From assembly GCA_030647205.1 (NCBI GenBank), contig JAUSJO010000005.1, positions 138,523-202,522 of the forward strand: a stretch of 64,000 nucleotides of DNA, in the 5' to 3' direction. The translations under genes were made by a program, and so were the position numbers. The first letter of the stretch is position 1. Every line of letters begins with the position of its first letter. This DNA comes from a bacterium. Its GTDB lineage: Bacteria > Patescibacteriota > CPR2 > UBA1875 > JAJYID01. Shown one piece after another: positions 1 to 9,577 of this stretch. Under the pieces are notes generated by a model, which was given only the letters and a program-made list of their open reading frames with translations, was not told the DNA's origin and made no database searches.

Positions 1-2
1 AT

Positions 3-266
3 GAGGGAGTTATTTTCGATACAATATTTGTCGATTATTTTGCCCAGAAGTTCCGGTTGCAGTTTTTTACAAAAAACAGAAAAAAGACAGTACATTTTTT
101 TCGTGAGATCAACAGACAGCTTATACTTCACAACCCGGCGAGCAGAAGAAGGGCGGCGAGTGAGGTTGTGGAAGAGCTGGAGAGTTTGGCGCAAGTTTTT
201 CACGAGAAGATTATCACGAAAGAAGAGTATGATCTTAAGAAAAAAGATTTGATGGATAAGCTTTAA
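3..266 (+). CDS. Partial CDS (5' end outside window), C-terminal SHOCT-like domain protein
   Basis: Frame is open from position 3 and ends ELESLAQVFHEKIITKEEYDLKKKDLM, a SHOCT-type pattern. Confidence 0.7.
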   Translation, partial: EGVIFDTIFVDYFAQKFRLQFFTKNRKKTVHFFREINRQLILHNPASRRRAASEVVEELESLAQVFHEKIITKEEYDLKKKDLMDKL

Positions 267-275
267 GGCCGCTCT

Positions 276-513
276 TGTCATCCTGAGGTACGAAGGATCT
301 CAATTCCGTCATTCTGGCCTGACCAGAATAGATCATTGTTATAAATTATCCACTTTTTTAGAAAAAGTGGAGTAAAAATCGCGACTTATGGCGGCGACAA
401 AGTGTCGGATTTCAGTTCTCTCAGGTTTGAAAAAATGAACTCGCTAGAACGCTCAGACAACATTATTTTCAAATCTTCGTTCGCTTTATCCTCCCTTTGA
501 AAAAATCACGCCG
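276..513 (+). repeat. Composite palindromic element, copy 1
   Basis: GTCAT units at 276-301 and 307-329; TCCACTTTTTTAGAAAAAGTGGA hairpin at 349-371; long imperfect hairpin at ~381-513. Confidence 0.85.
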
Positions 514-568
514 GGCTAAAACAGAAGGGAGTTTTCTGTTTGACTGTGTTTGTGGTAAAATTATGGCT

Positions 569-2029
569 ATGCAAGAATATGAAACAACTATAGGCCTTGA
601 GATACATGTTCAACTGAAAACTAAGTCAAAAATGTTTTGCGGGTCGGATAATATGTCGGTCGACGCTAAGCCGAACACAAATGTCTGTCCTGTCTGTATG
701 GGATTCCCAGGAACTTTGCCGGTACCAAATGCTCAGGCAATTGAGTGGACAATACTGCTAGGTTTGGCGCTTGGCGCTGAAATTCCTGAAGAGTTTAATT
801 TTGAACGCAAAAACTACTTCTATCCCGATCTTCCAAAGGCATACCAGATAAGTTCAGCAACAAATCCGCCGGTTATCGGTGGGAGTTTGAAGGTATTTGC
901 CGGAGGAAAAGAAAAAGAGGTTCATCTGCATCATATACATCTAGAGGAAGATGCGGGGAAACTCGTTCATGATAAGAGCGATAATGCGCTTGTTGACTTG
1001 AACCGTGCCGGAACTCCCTTGGTCGAAATAGTTACTGAGCCGGATATGGCATCAGCCGAAGAAGCGAAGGTGTTTGCCCAGAGCTTGCGATCGTTAATCC
1101 GTCATCTTGGAATTTCTGATGCTAACATGGAGCAGGGGAATATGCGTTTTGATATCAATGTTTCCATCAGAAAAAATGGAGCAAAGGATTTGGGTACGAA
1201 GGTTGAAGTAAAAAATCTGAATTCATTTAAGATGCTTGAACGGGCGATTATTTTCGAAGAGCAAAGGCAAAAAGATTTGCTAGAAGATGGAAAGAAAATA
1301 TCCCAGGAAACACGTGGTTGGGACGACTCAAAAGGGAAAACCCTACCGCAGAGGAGCAAAGAAGAGGCAAATGATTACAGATATTTTCCTGAACCTGACA
1401 TCTCGTCTATCAGCACGCGAGAAATTGTAGAAAAGGTGAAAGATCAGCTTCCCGAACTCCCACAGGAAAAGGCAAAAAGATTTGAAGAAGAATACGGATT
1501 TGACAAAAGATTAGCCGAGAGTTTGTCTGATGATGTGGAAATGGCGGAATATTTTGAGAAAACCTTGGAACATATTGAAGCCTCGGCAAAGGATGATTAC
1601 GACAAAAAGAAATATGCCAAAAGGGTCGCAAACTGGATGACAACTGAGCTAATCGGAAAAGTCAATGAAACGGGGACAGAATTTTCTGAAATTAAAGTCG
1701 AGCCTGAGAATATGGCCGAGCTTACGGTCGCGATTGAAAACGGAGTCATCAGCGGCAAACAGGCAAAAGATGTTTTTGCCGAAATGTTTGAAACAGGTAA
1801 AAGCGCACTCGGGATTATTGAAGAAAAAGGCATGAAACAAATTACAGATACCGGCGCAATTGAACAGATTATTCAAGAAGTCTTAGACGCAAATCTGAAA
1901 GTAGTAGAGGATTATAAAGCAGGAAAAGAAAAAGCATTTGGATTTCTCATTGGACAAGTAATGGCAAAAACAAAGGGCCAAGCCAATCCAAAAGCAGTGA
2001 ATGAAGTTTTGAGAGAAAAACTAAAATAA
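569..2029 (+). CDS. gatB: Asp/Glu-tRNA amidotransferase subunit B
   Basis: IGLEIHVQL, FERKNYFYPDLPK, HLEEDAGK and DYRYFPEPD motifs; start ATG 569 (or 563). Confidence 0.97.
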   Translation: MQEYETTIGLEIHVQLKTKSKMFCGSDNMSVDAKPNTNVCPVCMGFPGTLPVPNAQAIEWTILLGLALGAEIPEEFNFERKNYFYPDLPKAYQISSATNPPVIGGSLKVFAGGKEKEVHLHHIHLEEDAGKLVHDKSDNALVDLNRAGTPLVEIVTEPDMASAEEAKVFAQSLRSLIRHLGISDANMEQGNMRFDINVSIRKNGAKDLGTKVEVKNLNSFKMLERAIIFEEQRQKDLLEDGKKISQETRGWDDSKGKTLPQRSKEEANDYRYFPEPDISSISTREIVEKVKDQLPELPQEKAKRFEEEYGFDKRLAESLSDDVEMAEYFEKTLEHIEASAKDDYDKKKYAKRVANWMTTELIGKVNETGTEFSEIKVEPENMAELTVAIENGVISGKQAKDVFAEMFETGKSALGIIEEKGMKQITDTGAIEQIIQEVLDANLKVVEDYKAGKEKAFGFLIGQVMAKTKGQANPKAVNEVLREKLK

Positions 2030-2035
2030 CGTAGC

Positions 2036-2450
2036 TGTCATTCTGAGTTGTCTAGAATATACCTTAATGTCATCCTCGAGTGGAACGAAGGATCTATTTC
2101 TTTGTCATTCTGGACTTACTGCCCGACCTGAACGGTCGTTCGGGCGGGGATCCGGAATCCAGACTAATTAAATTTTCTAAAGCAGTCATATTTTTTATTT
2201 ATCCACTTTTTTAGAAAAAGTGGAGTAAAAATCGCGACTTAGACGGCTTCTCAAAAGTATCGTTCAAACATAATCTCAAATTTGAAAAATGACAACAAGC
2301 CGATTCCGGAAGCCATATTTTCAAAAGTTCACTTATGTTCTCACTCTCTTTTCGAACCGATAGTCGCAAGAGATCGTTTGCTTCCAAGCTTTCTTTATTA
2401 AAACCATGCCAGGAAGAAAGCTAAAAGTGAAGTTCTCCGTGATGTCGGGA
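2036..2450 (+). repeat. Composite palindromic element, copy 2
   Basis: GTCAT units at 2036, 2068 and 2103 (last interrupted by a 31-nt palindrome); 23-nt hairpin at 2202-2224; long hairpin at 2234-2367; tail modules to 2450. Confidence 0.9.
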
Positions 2451-2647
2451 ATATTCATTTTGATTTAAAATTAGCTTTCATCAAAAATAACAACAATTCA
2501 TAAAAAAACTCCAAGCTTTTTGGAAGTCTGCCAGAGGTAATACTCTGGTCTTTGTTTTATTGTGGGTTCAAGCAGCAGGAACTTTGGGTGAGACATTTGA
2601 AAGGATTGAGGGGAAAAATTCCATCTTGAGAAAGGAGGTGAGTTGTT

Positions 2648-3292
2648 ATGACAGATGATAAAGAAAAAAAAGTAGATAGTATCTCCGGGAAGGACGGCAA
2701 AACTTTCTATAGGTCCGTGGCAACGGGAACGATGAGTATGGATCTATCGGAGAGAGAAGCTATCGACAGAGGTTGGGGCTGGGCAGTCACTATGGGTATT
2801 GTAATGATAGTCCTTGGCGCGTTGGCTGTAGTCTATCCGATTGTAACATCAGTAGGTGTGACATTTCTTCTGGGTGTAGTCCTTGTGGTGGCAGGTGTGG
2901 CGCAGTTAGTACAGGCCTTTAGCGTTCGTGGATGGAGCGGCTTTTTCTGGCACACCTTGGTAGCTATAACTTATGCCGTCATCGGAGTGCTACTACTCAC
3001 ATATCCTCTGGGCGGACTTGTGACGCTTACATTTCTACTGGCTCTTTACCTCCTGATTTCCGGTGTTTTCAAGGTAGTAATTTCGCTCTCGTCAAGAGAA
3101 GTATCGGGTTGGGGATGGATGCTGACAAGCGGAATATTGTCGGTGATACTTGGAGTGCTAGTCTGGGCAAGCTGGCCGGTTGGGTCGCTATGGTTTATCG
3201 GCCTTTTGGTCGGTATCGATCTGGTGCTTGTAGGATTTTCGCTTTCTGCGATGGCGCTATCGGCGCATTCTCGTGAACAGGAGGAGATGTAA
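2648..3292 (+). CDS. HdeD/DUF308 family membrane protein
   Basis: About six TM segments with the HdeD-like GWGWMLTSGILSVILG...WP..SLWFIGLLVGIDL pattern; strong SD AGGAGGTGA. Confidence 0.85.
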   Translation: MTDDKEKKVDSISGKDGKTFYRSVATGTMSMDLSEREAIDRGWGWAVTMGIVMIVLGALAVVYPIVTSVGVTFLLGVVLVVAGVAQLVQAFSVRGWSGFFWHTLVAITYAVIGVLLLTYPLGGLVTLTFLLALYLLISGVFKVVISLSSREVSGWGWMLTSGILSVILGVLVWASWPVGSLWFIGLLVGIDLVLVGFSLSAMALSAHSREQEEM

Positions 3293-3357
3293 AAAAAGTT
3301 AATTCGTAGTTAGCCTCGATAAAGCTCGGGGCTACCGCGGAGGGTAGAGGTGGAGAC

Positions 3358-3771
3358 ATGGAAGATAAAATTAAACGGGGAAATAACAAAAAGAAAAAGG
3401 GCGATACCTTCTATGAGGCAATACCTGCGACTGCAGTTGCGCCTCAGGAAATCCATTTGCCAAAGATTGGTGTAAAGACTGCAGATTTTCTAGAGAGTGT
3501 TGTAATATTTTTTGCCGGGACAGTAGAAGTGCTTCTTACGATAAGGGTTTTACTGATGCTTTTTGGTATAAACGGCGGGAACCTTCTGACATATCTCTTG
3601 TATGCAGCAAGCTATCCGTTTGTTCTACTCCTGAATTCTGGTCAGAGCCAAATACCGGAAATGACCAATAAGGTTTTGTATGAAAACATAGCACTTTTGT
3701 TCATTTACTTCGTAGTTTTCTACGGTCTGATAAAAGTAATCAACGCTTTTAGGGAAAGAAATAATAATTAA
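3358..3771 (+). CDS. YggT-like membrane protein (paralogue 1)
   Basis: EVLLTIRVLLMLFGINGGN...LYAASYPFV pattern; 3 TM segments. Confidence 0.65.
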   Translation: MEDKIKRGNNKKKKGDTFYEAIPATAVAPQEIHLPKIGVKTADFLESVVIFFAGTVEVLLTIRVLLMLFGINGGNLLTYLLYAASYPFVLLLNSGQSQIPEMTNKVLYENIALLFIYFVVFYGLIKVINAFRERNNN

Positions 3772-3826
3772 TTAAAGAAACTGCGTAAAAACGTGGTTCG
3801 CCCATGAGGGCGAGAGGTAGGGAAAA

Positions 3827-4240
3827 ATGGAAAAGGAAACAAAAAAGAAAAAGAAGAAAGAAGAAGAGGTAGATGGCGATATTTTCTATAGGGCTCATCC
3901 TATAGCTCAGCCGATAGCAAGGGTAGAACATCGTGAATCCACGCTTTCTCTTACTGTTGAGAGGGTTTTGTGGTGGGTACTTGGGATTTCTGAAGTTATC
4001 TTGCTTTTTAGAATGGTGTTTGCAGCGGTTGGTGCAAACGGTGGAAATATCATTACGTCATTCTTTTATGCAGTAAGCTATCCGCTGGTCTGGTTTTTCT
4101 TCTATCTTTTCAATACTTTGGGAAGAATACAGGTTTCGTCGCCGACATTTGAGATAGAAACGCTTGCAGCAATGGCATTCTACTACATTGTAGTCTACAT
4201 AGTTGTCGAGCTGATCAAAGGTTTTCGTAGTACAGACTAA
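3827..4240 (+). CDS. YggT-like membrane protein (paralogue 2)
   Basis: EVILLFRMVFAAVGANGGN...FYAVSYPLV...FEIETLAAM; clearly paralogous to 3358..3771. Confidence 0.65.
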   Translation: MEKETKKKKKKEEEVDGDIFYRAHPIAQPIARVEHRESTLSLTVERVLWWVLGISEVILLFRMVFAAVGANGGNIITSFFYAVSYPLVWFFFYLFNTLGRIQVSSPTFEIETLAAMAFYYIVVYIVVELIKGFRSTD

Positions 4241-4278
4241 CTGTTTTTGTTATAATAATCCCGAAAGGGAGATTGTTT

Positions 4279-4887
4279 ATGGCGGACAAAAACAGTGATA
4301 TTTGGGCTGAAATAAACTCAGATTTAAAAGAGAAGACAGAGAGCGGCTATAAAATGGCTCTACTTGATAGCGACAAGCTTTTGCGCAATGTTTTGAAGGA
4401 AAAAGGCTATCCGGGGAAGGACCTCAAAAAACAGCTTTTTTGGGCAGGGATTAACTTAAGCGGTAGAGCTGATCTTAAAGATGCCATAAAGAAAAAAGAC
4501 GAAGTTTTAAATACTCAAGATTACAGGCTTTCTACATTTGAAATAGAAGATTTTTTAGCTGCTTACAAAAAAGCGATTGAATGGGTTTTGAGCGCCCAGA
4601 AACTTGGTTTTAAGCGCAAAATTGGACTATATTTTGAAAACTGTTTCTTTCTTAAAAATACATCTCTCACTAAGCTGATAGCTGCCATTTTGGTAGTATT
4701 TTTCGGTATTAAACTACTTTCCTCAACCGATACTGGGAAGAGTATAGTCACAAAGGTTGTAGACGTGGATAATTTGCTTTTTGACTGGCTAAAAGTTCTG
4801 ATTTTAATCGGACTAAGTGTGGCCGTAGTTGTGTTTATAAGTTTTCTTTATTTGGATAAGAAGAAAAAAATTAAGATTAAAGAATAA
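4279..4887 (+). CDS. Hypothetical protein, soluble N-domain (DUF4145-like ALLDSDKLL..LK.KGYPG) plus two C-terminal TM helices
   Basis: Long ORF with SD GGGAG and a hydrophobic C-terminus; family assignment tentative. Confidence 0.6.
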   Translation: MADKNSDIWAEINSDLKEKTESGYKMALLDSDKLLRNVLKEKGYPGKDLKKQLFWAGINLSGRADLKDAIKKKDEVLNTQDYRLSTFEIEDFLAAYKKAIEWVLSAQKLGFKRKIGLYFENCFFLKNTSLTKLIAAILVVFFGIKLLSSTDTGKSIVTKVVDVDNLLFDWLKVLILIGLSVAVVVFISFLYLDKKKKIKIKE

Positions 4888-4992
4888 TAATCGGCTTTCA
4901 AAGTCGATTTTACAATGCTAGAATAGTGACAAATAGTAGGAGGGGTTTGGCAACCCATTGTTTTGATTACTTAAAAAACGGAGTCTTAGACA

Positions 4993-7900
4993 TTGAGTAA
5001 AAAGTTTGTTCACTTACATGTTCATACGCAATATTCTCTTCTTGATGGGATGTGCAAGGTTCCTCAGCTTTTGGATAGGGCAAAAGAGTATGGGATGCCG
5101 GCTTGCGCGATTACCGATCATGGAGTGATGTATGGCATTGTTGACTTTTATAAGGAAGCGAAGGCAAGGGATATAAAGCCTTTGATCGGGTGCGAGGTAT
5201 ACGTAGCGCCGAGGAAGCTGACGGATAAAAGCGAAAAGGCAGACGGCAGGCCAAACCATCTCATCCTGATTGCCAAAAACAAAACCGGCTATCAAAACTT
5301 GATGAAGCTATCTACGATTGCTCATCTTGACGGATACTACTATAAACCGAGAATTGATAAGGAAATTTTGGCGAAATATGCGGAAGGTTTAATCGCATCA
5401 TCAGCTTGCTTTAAGGGTGAAATTGCCTCAAAACTCAGAGATGGCAATGAAAAGGGGGCGGAAGAAGCTTTGAAATTTTATAAAGGTCTCTTTGGCGATG
5501 ATTTCTACTTGGAGCTCCAATATTTGCCAGGATTCAAAGAACAAGAAGAGATGAACGAGCTCATAAAGGCATTTGCAAAAAAGCACAAGATGCCGATGGT
5601 GGTGACTAATGATGTCCACTATGTAGATAAAGAGGATCGTGAGGCGCATGATGCTCTTTTGTGCTTGCAAACAGGAAAGCTTGTGTCTGATGAGGATAGG
5701 ATGAAGATGAACTGCGACATATCGTTTACTTCCCCAGAGGAAATAATGGAAGCTTTTAAAGATGTACCTGAGGCGATAGAAAACACAGTAAAAATTGCCG
5801 AGAAATGTAACGTGGAGCTAGAGCTTGGCAAAATATTGATCCCGAACTTCGATGTGCCAGATGGAGAGACGGTGCAAAGTTATATGAGCAAGCTGGTTGA
5901 AGAAGGATTGAAGAAAAAATACGGGAAAATAACACCCGAGATACGCGAAAGAGTGGAATATGAAATGGGTGTTATAGAGAAAATGGGCTATGAATCATAC
6001 TTCCTGATTGTCTGGGATTTTGTGAACTGGGCGAAAGATCAGGGAATCATTGTCGGACCCGGTAGAGGTTCGGCGGCGGGATCAGTAGTATCGTATGCCC
6101 TAAATATTACAGAGCTTGAACCGATGCAGTTTGATCTTCTTTTTGAGCGTTTCCTAAATCCGGATCGTATCTCCATGCCTGATATAGATATGGACTTTGC
6201 TGATGACAGGCGTCATGAAGTGATTGAGTATGTAGCAGAGAAATATGGCAAAGATCATGTGGCGCAGATCATTACTTTTGGTACAATGGCAGCACGTAAT
6301 GCCATTCGTGATACCGGTAGGGTCTTGGGGATGACATATGGCGAAGTTGATAAAATAGCCAAAATGATACCCCAGTTTTCCGGTCTATCTGATGCTGTCC
6401 GGGACGTCCCGGAGTTAAGGGCGCTTTATAGCTCAGATGAAAAAGTAAAAAAACTGATCGATATCGCAAAGAGGCTTGAGGGAGTGTCGAGACATTCTTC
6501 TACTCATGCTGCAGGTGTGGTGATTTCAAAAGAGCCCCTCGTAAACTATACACCGCTCCAAAAAGCGACAAAGGGTGATATCGCAACGAACACGCAGTAT
6601 TCTATGTTTCCGCTTGAAGATCTCGGCATCCTGAAAATGGATTTCTTGGGACTTTCAAACCTTACTGTTTTAAAGAATGCTTTGAGGATTATTAAAAAAG
6701 TTTATGAAAAAGACATTAAGATAGAAGACATTAAACTGGATGACAAAAAAACTTTTGCGCTTTTAAAAAGGGCCGAAACAACAGGAGTGTTCCAGCTTGA
6801 GTCTGCCGGCATGAAAAGATATATCCGGGCGCTGAAACCGACTGTTTTTGAAGATATTGTGGCTATGGTGGCGCTATATAGACCCGGTCCTATGCAGTTT
6901 ATCGACGACTTTATTGCCCGAAAAGCCGGTAAGAAAAAGGTGACTTATACGCATCCTCTTATGGAAAATGCTCTCAAGAATACTTACGGCGTTATAGTTT
7001 ACCAGGAGCAAGTCATGCAGATTTCAAAGGAAATGGCAGGTTTTACGGGCGGTGAAGCTGATACTCTTCGTAAGGCAATGGGTAAAAAGATTGCCAAAAT
7101 GATGAAGAAAATGCGTGCGAAATTCATCGATGGCGCTGTTGAAAATGGGGTAAAGAAGGAAACGGCAGAAAAAGTCTTTGACGATTTTGAAAAGTTTGCG
7201 CAGTACGGTTTCGTGAAGGCTCATGCTGCCTGTTATGCGCTAATTGCATACTGGACGGCATATCTGAAAGCACACTATCCGGATGCCTTTATGGCGGCTC
7301 TCATGACAAGCGACTACTCAAATATGGACCGGATTGCGATAGAAATAGACGAGTGTAGAAAAATGGGTATCGAGGTTTTGCCACCGAGTGTAAATGAGTC
7401 CTATCAGGAGTTCGCAATAGTTAAGCAAACAGGCAATATCAGATTTGGACTACTTGCCGTGAAAAATGTTGGAACGGGTATCATCGAAGCGCTTGTAAAA
7501 GCGAGAAAAGAAGGCGGAGAGTTTAAGTCGGTAGAGGATTTTTGTAAAAGGGTAGATGCCCGTGAAATTAACAAAAAAGTGATGGAAGCTTTCATTAAAT
7601 CAGGTGCAATGGATGACTTTGGCGACCGCTCAACGTTGCTATTTAATCTAGAAAAAATTCTCGAGTTTGCCCAAAAAACGCAAAGAGATACGCTCAGCGG
7701 ACAAATAGATCTTTTTGGCGGACAGGGGATAGAAATGCCGGGGCTGAAGCTGGCAAAACCTGTTTTTGATGCTACATCAAAGGAAAAACTTGCATGGGAG
7801 AGAGAACTGCTCGGCATTTATATTTCTGAGCATCCGCTTGACGGCTATCAAGAGTATGTAGAAAAAGAAGGGCTTACTCAGCTTGCTCTTCTAGGCGAGA

Positions 7901-8409
7901 GCCAATCCTCACAAGAAGTTAGAGTAGCTTGTGTCGTTTCTACTATTCACAAAATCCTGACGAGGAAAAAGGAAAATATGATTTTTGTAAAAGTTGAGGA
8001 CAAAAGCGGAAGCGGCGAACTGGTAGTGTTCCCGAAAATCCTTGCTTCCTACAGCAGATTTTTTGAGGAAGGCAAACTCATACTAGTTAATGGTAAAGTT
8101 AATATGAAAGACGCTGACCCAAAGATACTTGTAGATAGTGTGAAGGATTTAGGGGAAATCGAAGATTTAAATATGGAAGAAGGCGGGGAAATAATCCGAT
8201 TTAGAGATAACTGTCTTGAAATATACGTGCCGAAATATACTGAAACGCAGAAGCTAGCAAAGTTAAAAAAGTCTCTGGCTGATGCGCCGGGGGAGAATGA
8301 TGTCATCATTCATCTTGAACTTAACGAGGTGAGCAAGAAAGTAAAAATGCCTCTAGGGGTAGATTTCTCTGAGGATTTGAAAAATGACATTGTATCCATT
8401 CTCGGCTAG
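4993..8409 (+). CDS. dnaE: DNA polymerase III alpha subunit
   Basis: PHP HLHVHTQYSLLDG, GPGRGSAAGS, MPDIDMDF and a C-terminal OB fold; TTG start with SD GGAG. Confidence 0.97.
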   Translation: MSKKFVHLHVHTQYSLLDGMCKVPQLLDRAKEYGMPACAITDHGVMYGIVDFYKEAKARDIKPLIGCEVYVAPRKLTDKSEKADGRPNHLILIAKNKTGYQNLMKLSTIAHLDGYYYKPRIDKEILAKYAEGLIASSACFKGEIASKLRDGNEKGAEEALKFYKGLFGDDFYLELQYLPGFKEQEEMNELIKAFAKKHKMPMVVTNDVHYVDKEDREAHDALLCLQTGKLVSDEDRMKMNCDISFTSPEEIMEAFKDVPEAIENTVKIAEKCNVELELGKILIPNFDVPDGETVQSYMSKLVEEGLKKKYGKITPEIRERVEYEMGVIEKMGYESYFLIVWDFVNWAKDQGIIVGPGRGSAAGSVVSYALNITELEPMQFDLLFERFLNPDRISMPDIDMDFADDRRHEVIEYVAEKYGKDHVAQIITFGTMAARNAIRDTGRVLGMTYGEVDKIAKMIPQFSGLSDAVRDVPELRALYSSDEKVKKLIDIAKRLEGVSRHSSTHAAGVVISKEPLVNYTPLQKATKGDIATNTQYSMFPLEDLGILKMDFLGLSNLTVLKNALRIIKKVYEKDIKIEDIKLDDKKTFALLKRAETTGVFQLESAGMKRYIRALKPTVFEDIVAMVALYRPGPMQFIDDFIARKAGKKKVTYTHPLMENALKNTYGVIVYQEQVMQISKEMAGFTGGEADTLRKAMGKKIAKMMKKMRAKFIDGAVENGVKKETAEKVFDDFEKFAQYGFVKAHAACYALIAYWTAYLKAHYPDAFMAALMTSDYSNMDRIAIEIDECRKMGIEVLPPSVNESYQEFAIVKQTGNIRFGLLAVKNVGTGIIEALVKARKEGGEFKSVEDFCKRVDAREINKKVMEAFIKSGAMDDFGDRSTLLFNLEKILEFAQKTQRDTLSGQIDLFGGQGIEMPGLKLAKPVFDATSKEKLAWERELLGIYISEHPLDGYQEYVEKEGLTQLALLGESQSSQEVRVACVVSTIHKILTRKKENMIFVKVEDKSGSGELVVFPKILASYSRFFEEGKLILVNGKVNMKDADPKILVDSVKDLGEIEDLNMEEGGEIIRFRDNCLEIYVPKYTETQKLAKLKKSLADAPGENDVIIHLELNEVSKKVKMPLGVDFSEDLKNDIVSILG

Positions 8410-8520
8410 CTTCTGATAAAGTTGCGATTATTTGATTTTTATGTTATGATTTAAACTTCAATTAAAGAACCTTGATAGATAAATTTTTTGACTAAAACCC
8501 AATTTGGAGGCTGAAATGCC

Positions 8521-8799
8521 ATGCAAATCGAGGTCTTGTATTACATAGATGAAAACGGTGATAAGAGGCTCAAAAGTGAGACTCTGAATGAATATGGTGA
8601 TATAGACGGGGCTGTAAAGTCTGTGGAAGATCGGATTTCTATGGGGCGTAAAATAGAGATTTTGGCAACGATAGTACATAATTCCAAGAAACATGAAAGT
8701 ATCTCTGACATTATAAAGAGGCTTTATGGCAACAACAAGCGTGCGCAAAAAAAAGCGCCGAGAATAGTGGAAGGGAGAAGCAAGGCTTACCGACACTAA
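8521..8799 (+). CDS. Hypothetical protein (orphan cassette)
   Basis: SD GGAGG; promoter TTGCGA-17-TATGAT at 8422-8450. Confidence 0.6.
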   Translation: MQIEVLYYIDENGDKRLKSETLNEYGDIDGAVKSVEDRISMGRKIEILATIVHNSKKHESISDIIKRLYGNNKRAQKKAPRIVEGRSKAYRH

Positions 8800-8888
8800 A
8801 AACCTCGACAAAAGCAAGGAGGAGATTGGCAAAAGCTAGGTGTTTTGGGGAATGGGGGTTCCCGAGCTGGATGGATTCATGAGACATT

Positions 8889-9347
8889 ATGCCGGTTTCG
8901 AACAACAAGATTGGGGAAAACATGAGCAGGAAGATTAGCTTAGGGGATGGGAGATATAAAGTTTCCCATCGAGGCCTCGATTGTTCTGAAGCTCCCTCTC
9001 TGGATTCGATCAATGAGGACCTTCTGACGGCCGATGATGTAGTTCTTGGCTGTAATCTTTGTCATGAGCTTGGGCTGGCATTAAGAGCCCGACTTGCCAA
9101 AGAAAAAGGTATTCTCAAAAAGGTCTCTAGACTTGTTAGGGAACAAAGAAACATCTCTGACGACGAACTTTGTTGGTTCGTCGAGTGTACTGACGCTCAG
9201 ATTGAGTGCCAGGGATGTGGGCACAGCGCAGAGGCAATCACAGAAAGGATAGATGATATAGCAGATAATCGTGTAGTATATCCATCCTTTCGTCCGCCGG
9301 TTGTGGTGGGTGATGTTGGTTCCAGTTTCTGGAGCCCGGGGTCATAA
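8889..9347 (+). CDS. Cys-rich hypothetical protein, putative metal binding (CNLC, CQGC)
   Basis: Two CxxC motifs; start uncertain (8889, 8922, or 8826 through an in-frame TGA). Confidence 0.55.
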   Translation: MPVSNNKIGENMSRKISLGDGRYKVSHRGLDCSEAPSLDSINEDLLTADDVVLGCNLCHELGLALRARLAKEKGILKKVSRLVREQRNISDDELCWFVECTDAQIECQGCGHSAEAITERIDDIADNRVVYPSFRPPVVVGDVGSSFWSPGS

Positions 9348-9403
9348 AGAGGAGTTAACTTCCTTGGGGGACGTTGAAGGTCAAAAGATTAAGTGGCTCG
9401 GGC

Positions 9404-9482
9404 AAGTCTGCCCGAGCCACCTCAAAGCGGGATAAATATCTAAGATTACAGTTATAACATTTGAGAATTTTTATCTCGCTTT
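9404..9482 (+). terminator. Tandem hairpins after the orphan cassette
   Basis: GTGGCTCGGGCA-agtc-TGCCCGAGCCAC, then AAAGCGGGATAAA...TTTATCTCGCTTT and a T-rich tail. Confidence 0.65.
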
Positions 9483-9505
9483 ATTTATTTGTAATTAGAA
9501 TTCAA

Positions 9506-9534
9506 TTGACATTTATGAGATAATTTACTACAAT
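9506..9534 (+). promoter_or_regulatory. sigma70-type promoter of rplS
   Basis: TTGACA-17-TACAAT. Confidence 0.75.
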
Positions 9535-9577
9535 CATAGAGTCGCTTTCGCGATTTTTTAAAATAATTAAACACATT

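Noticed and set aside
2234-2367. Long imperfect hairpins as integron attC sites
   Set aside because: They lack RYYYAAC/GTTRRRY ends, follow housekeeping genes, and no intI is present
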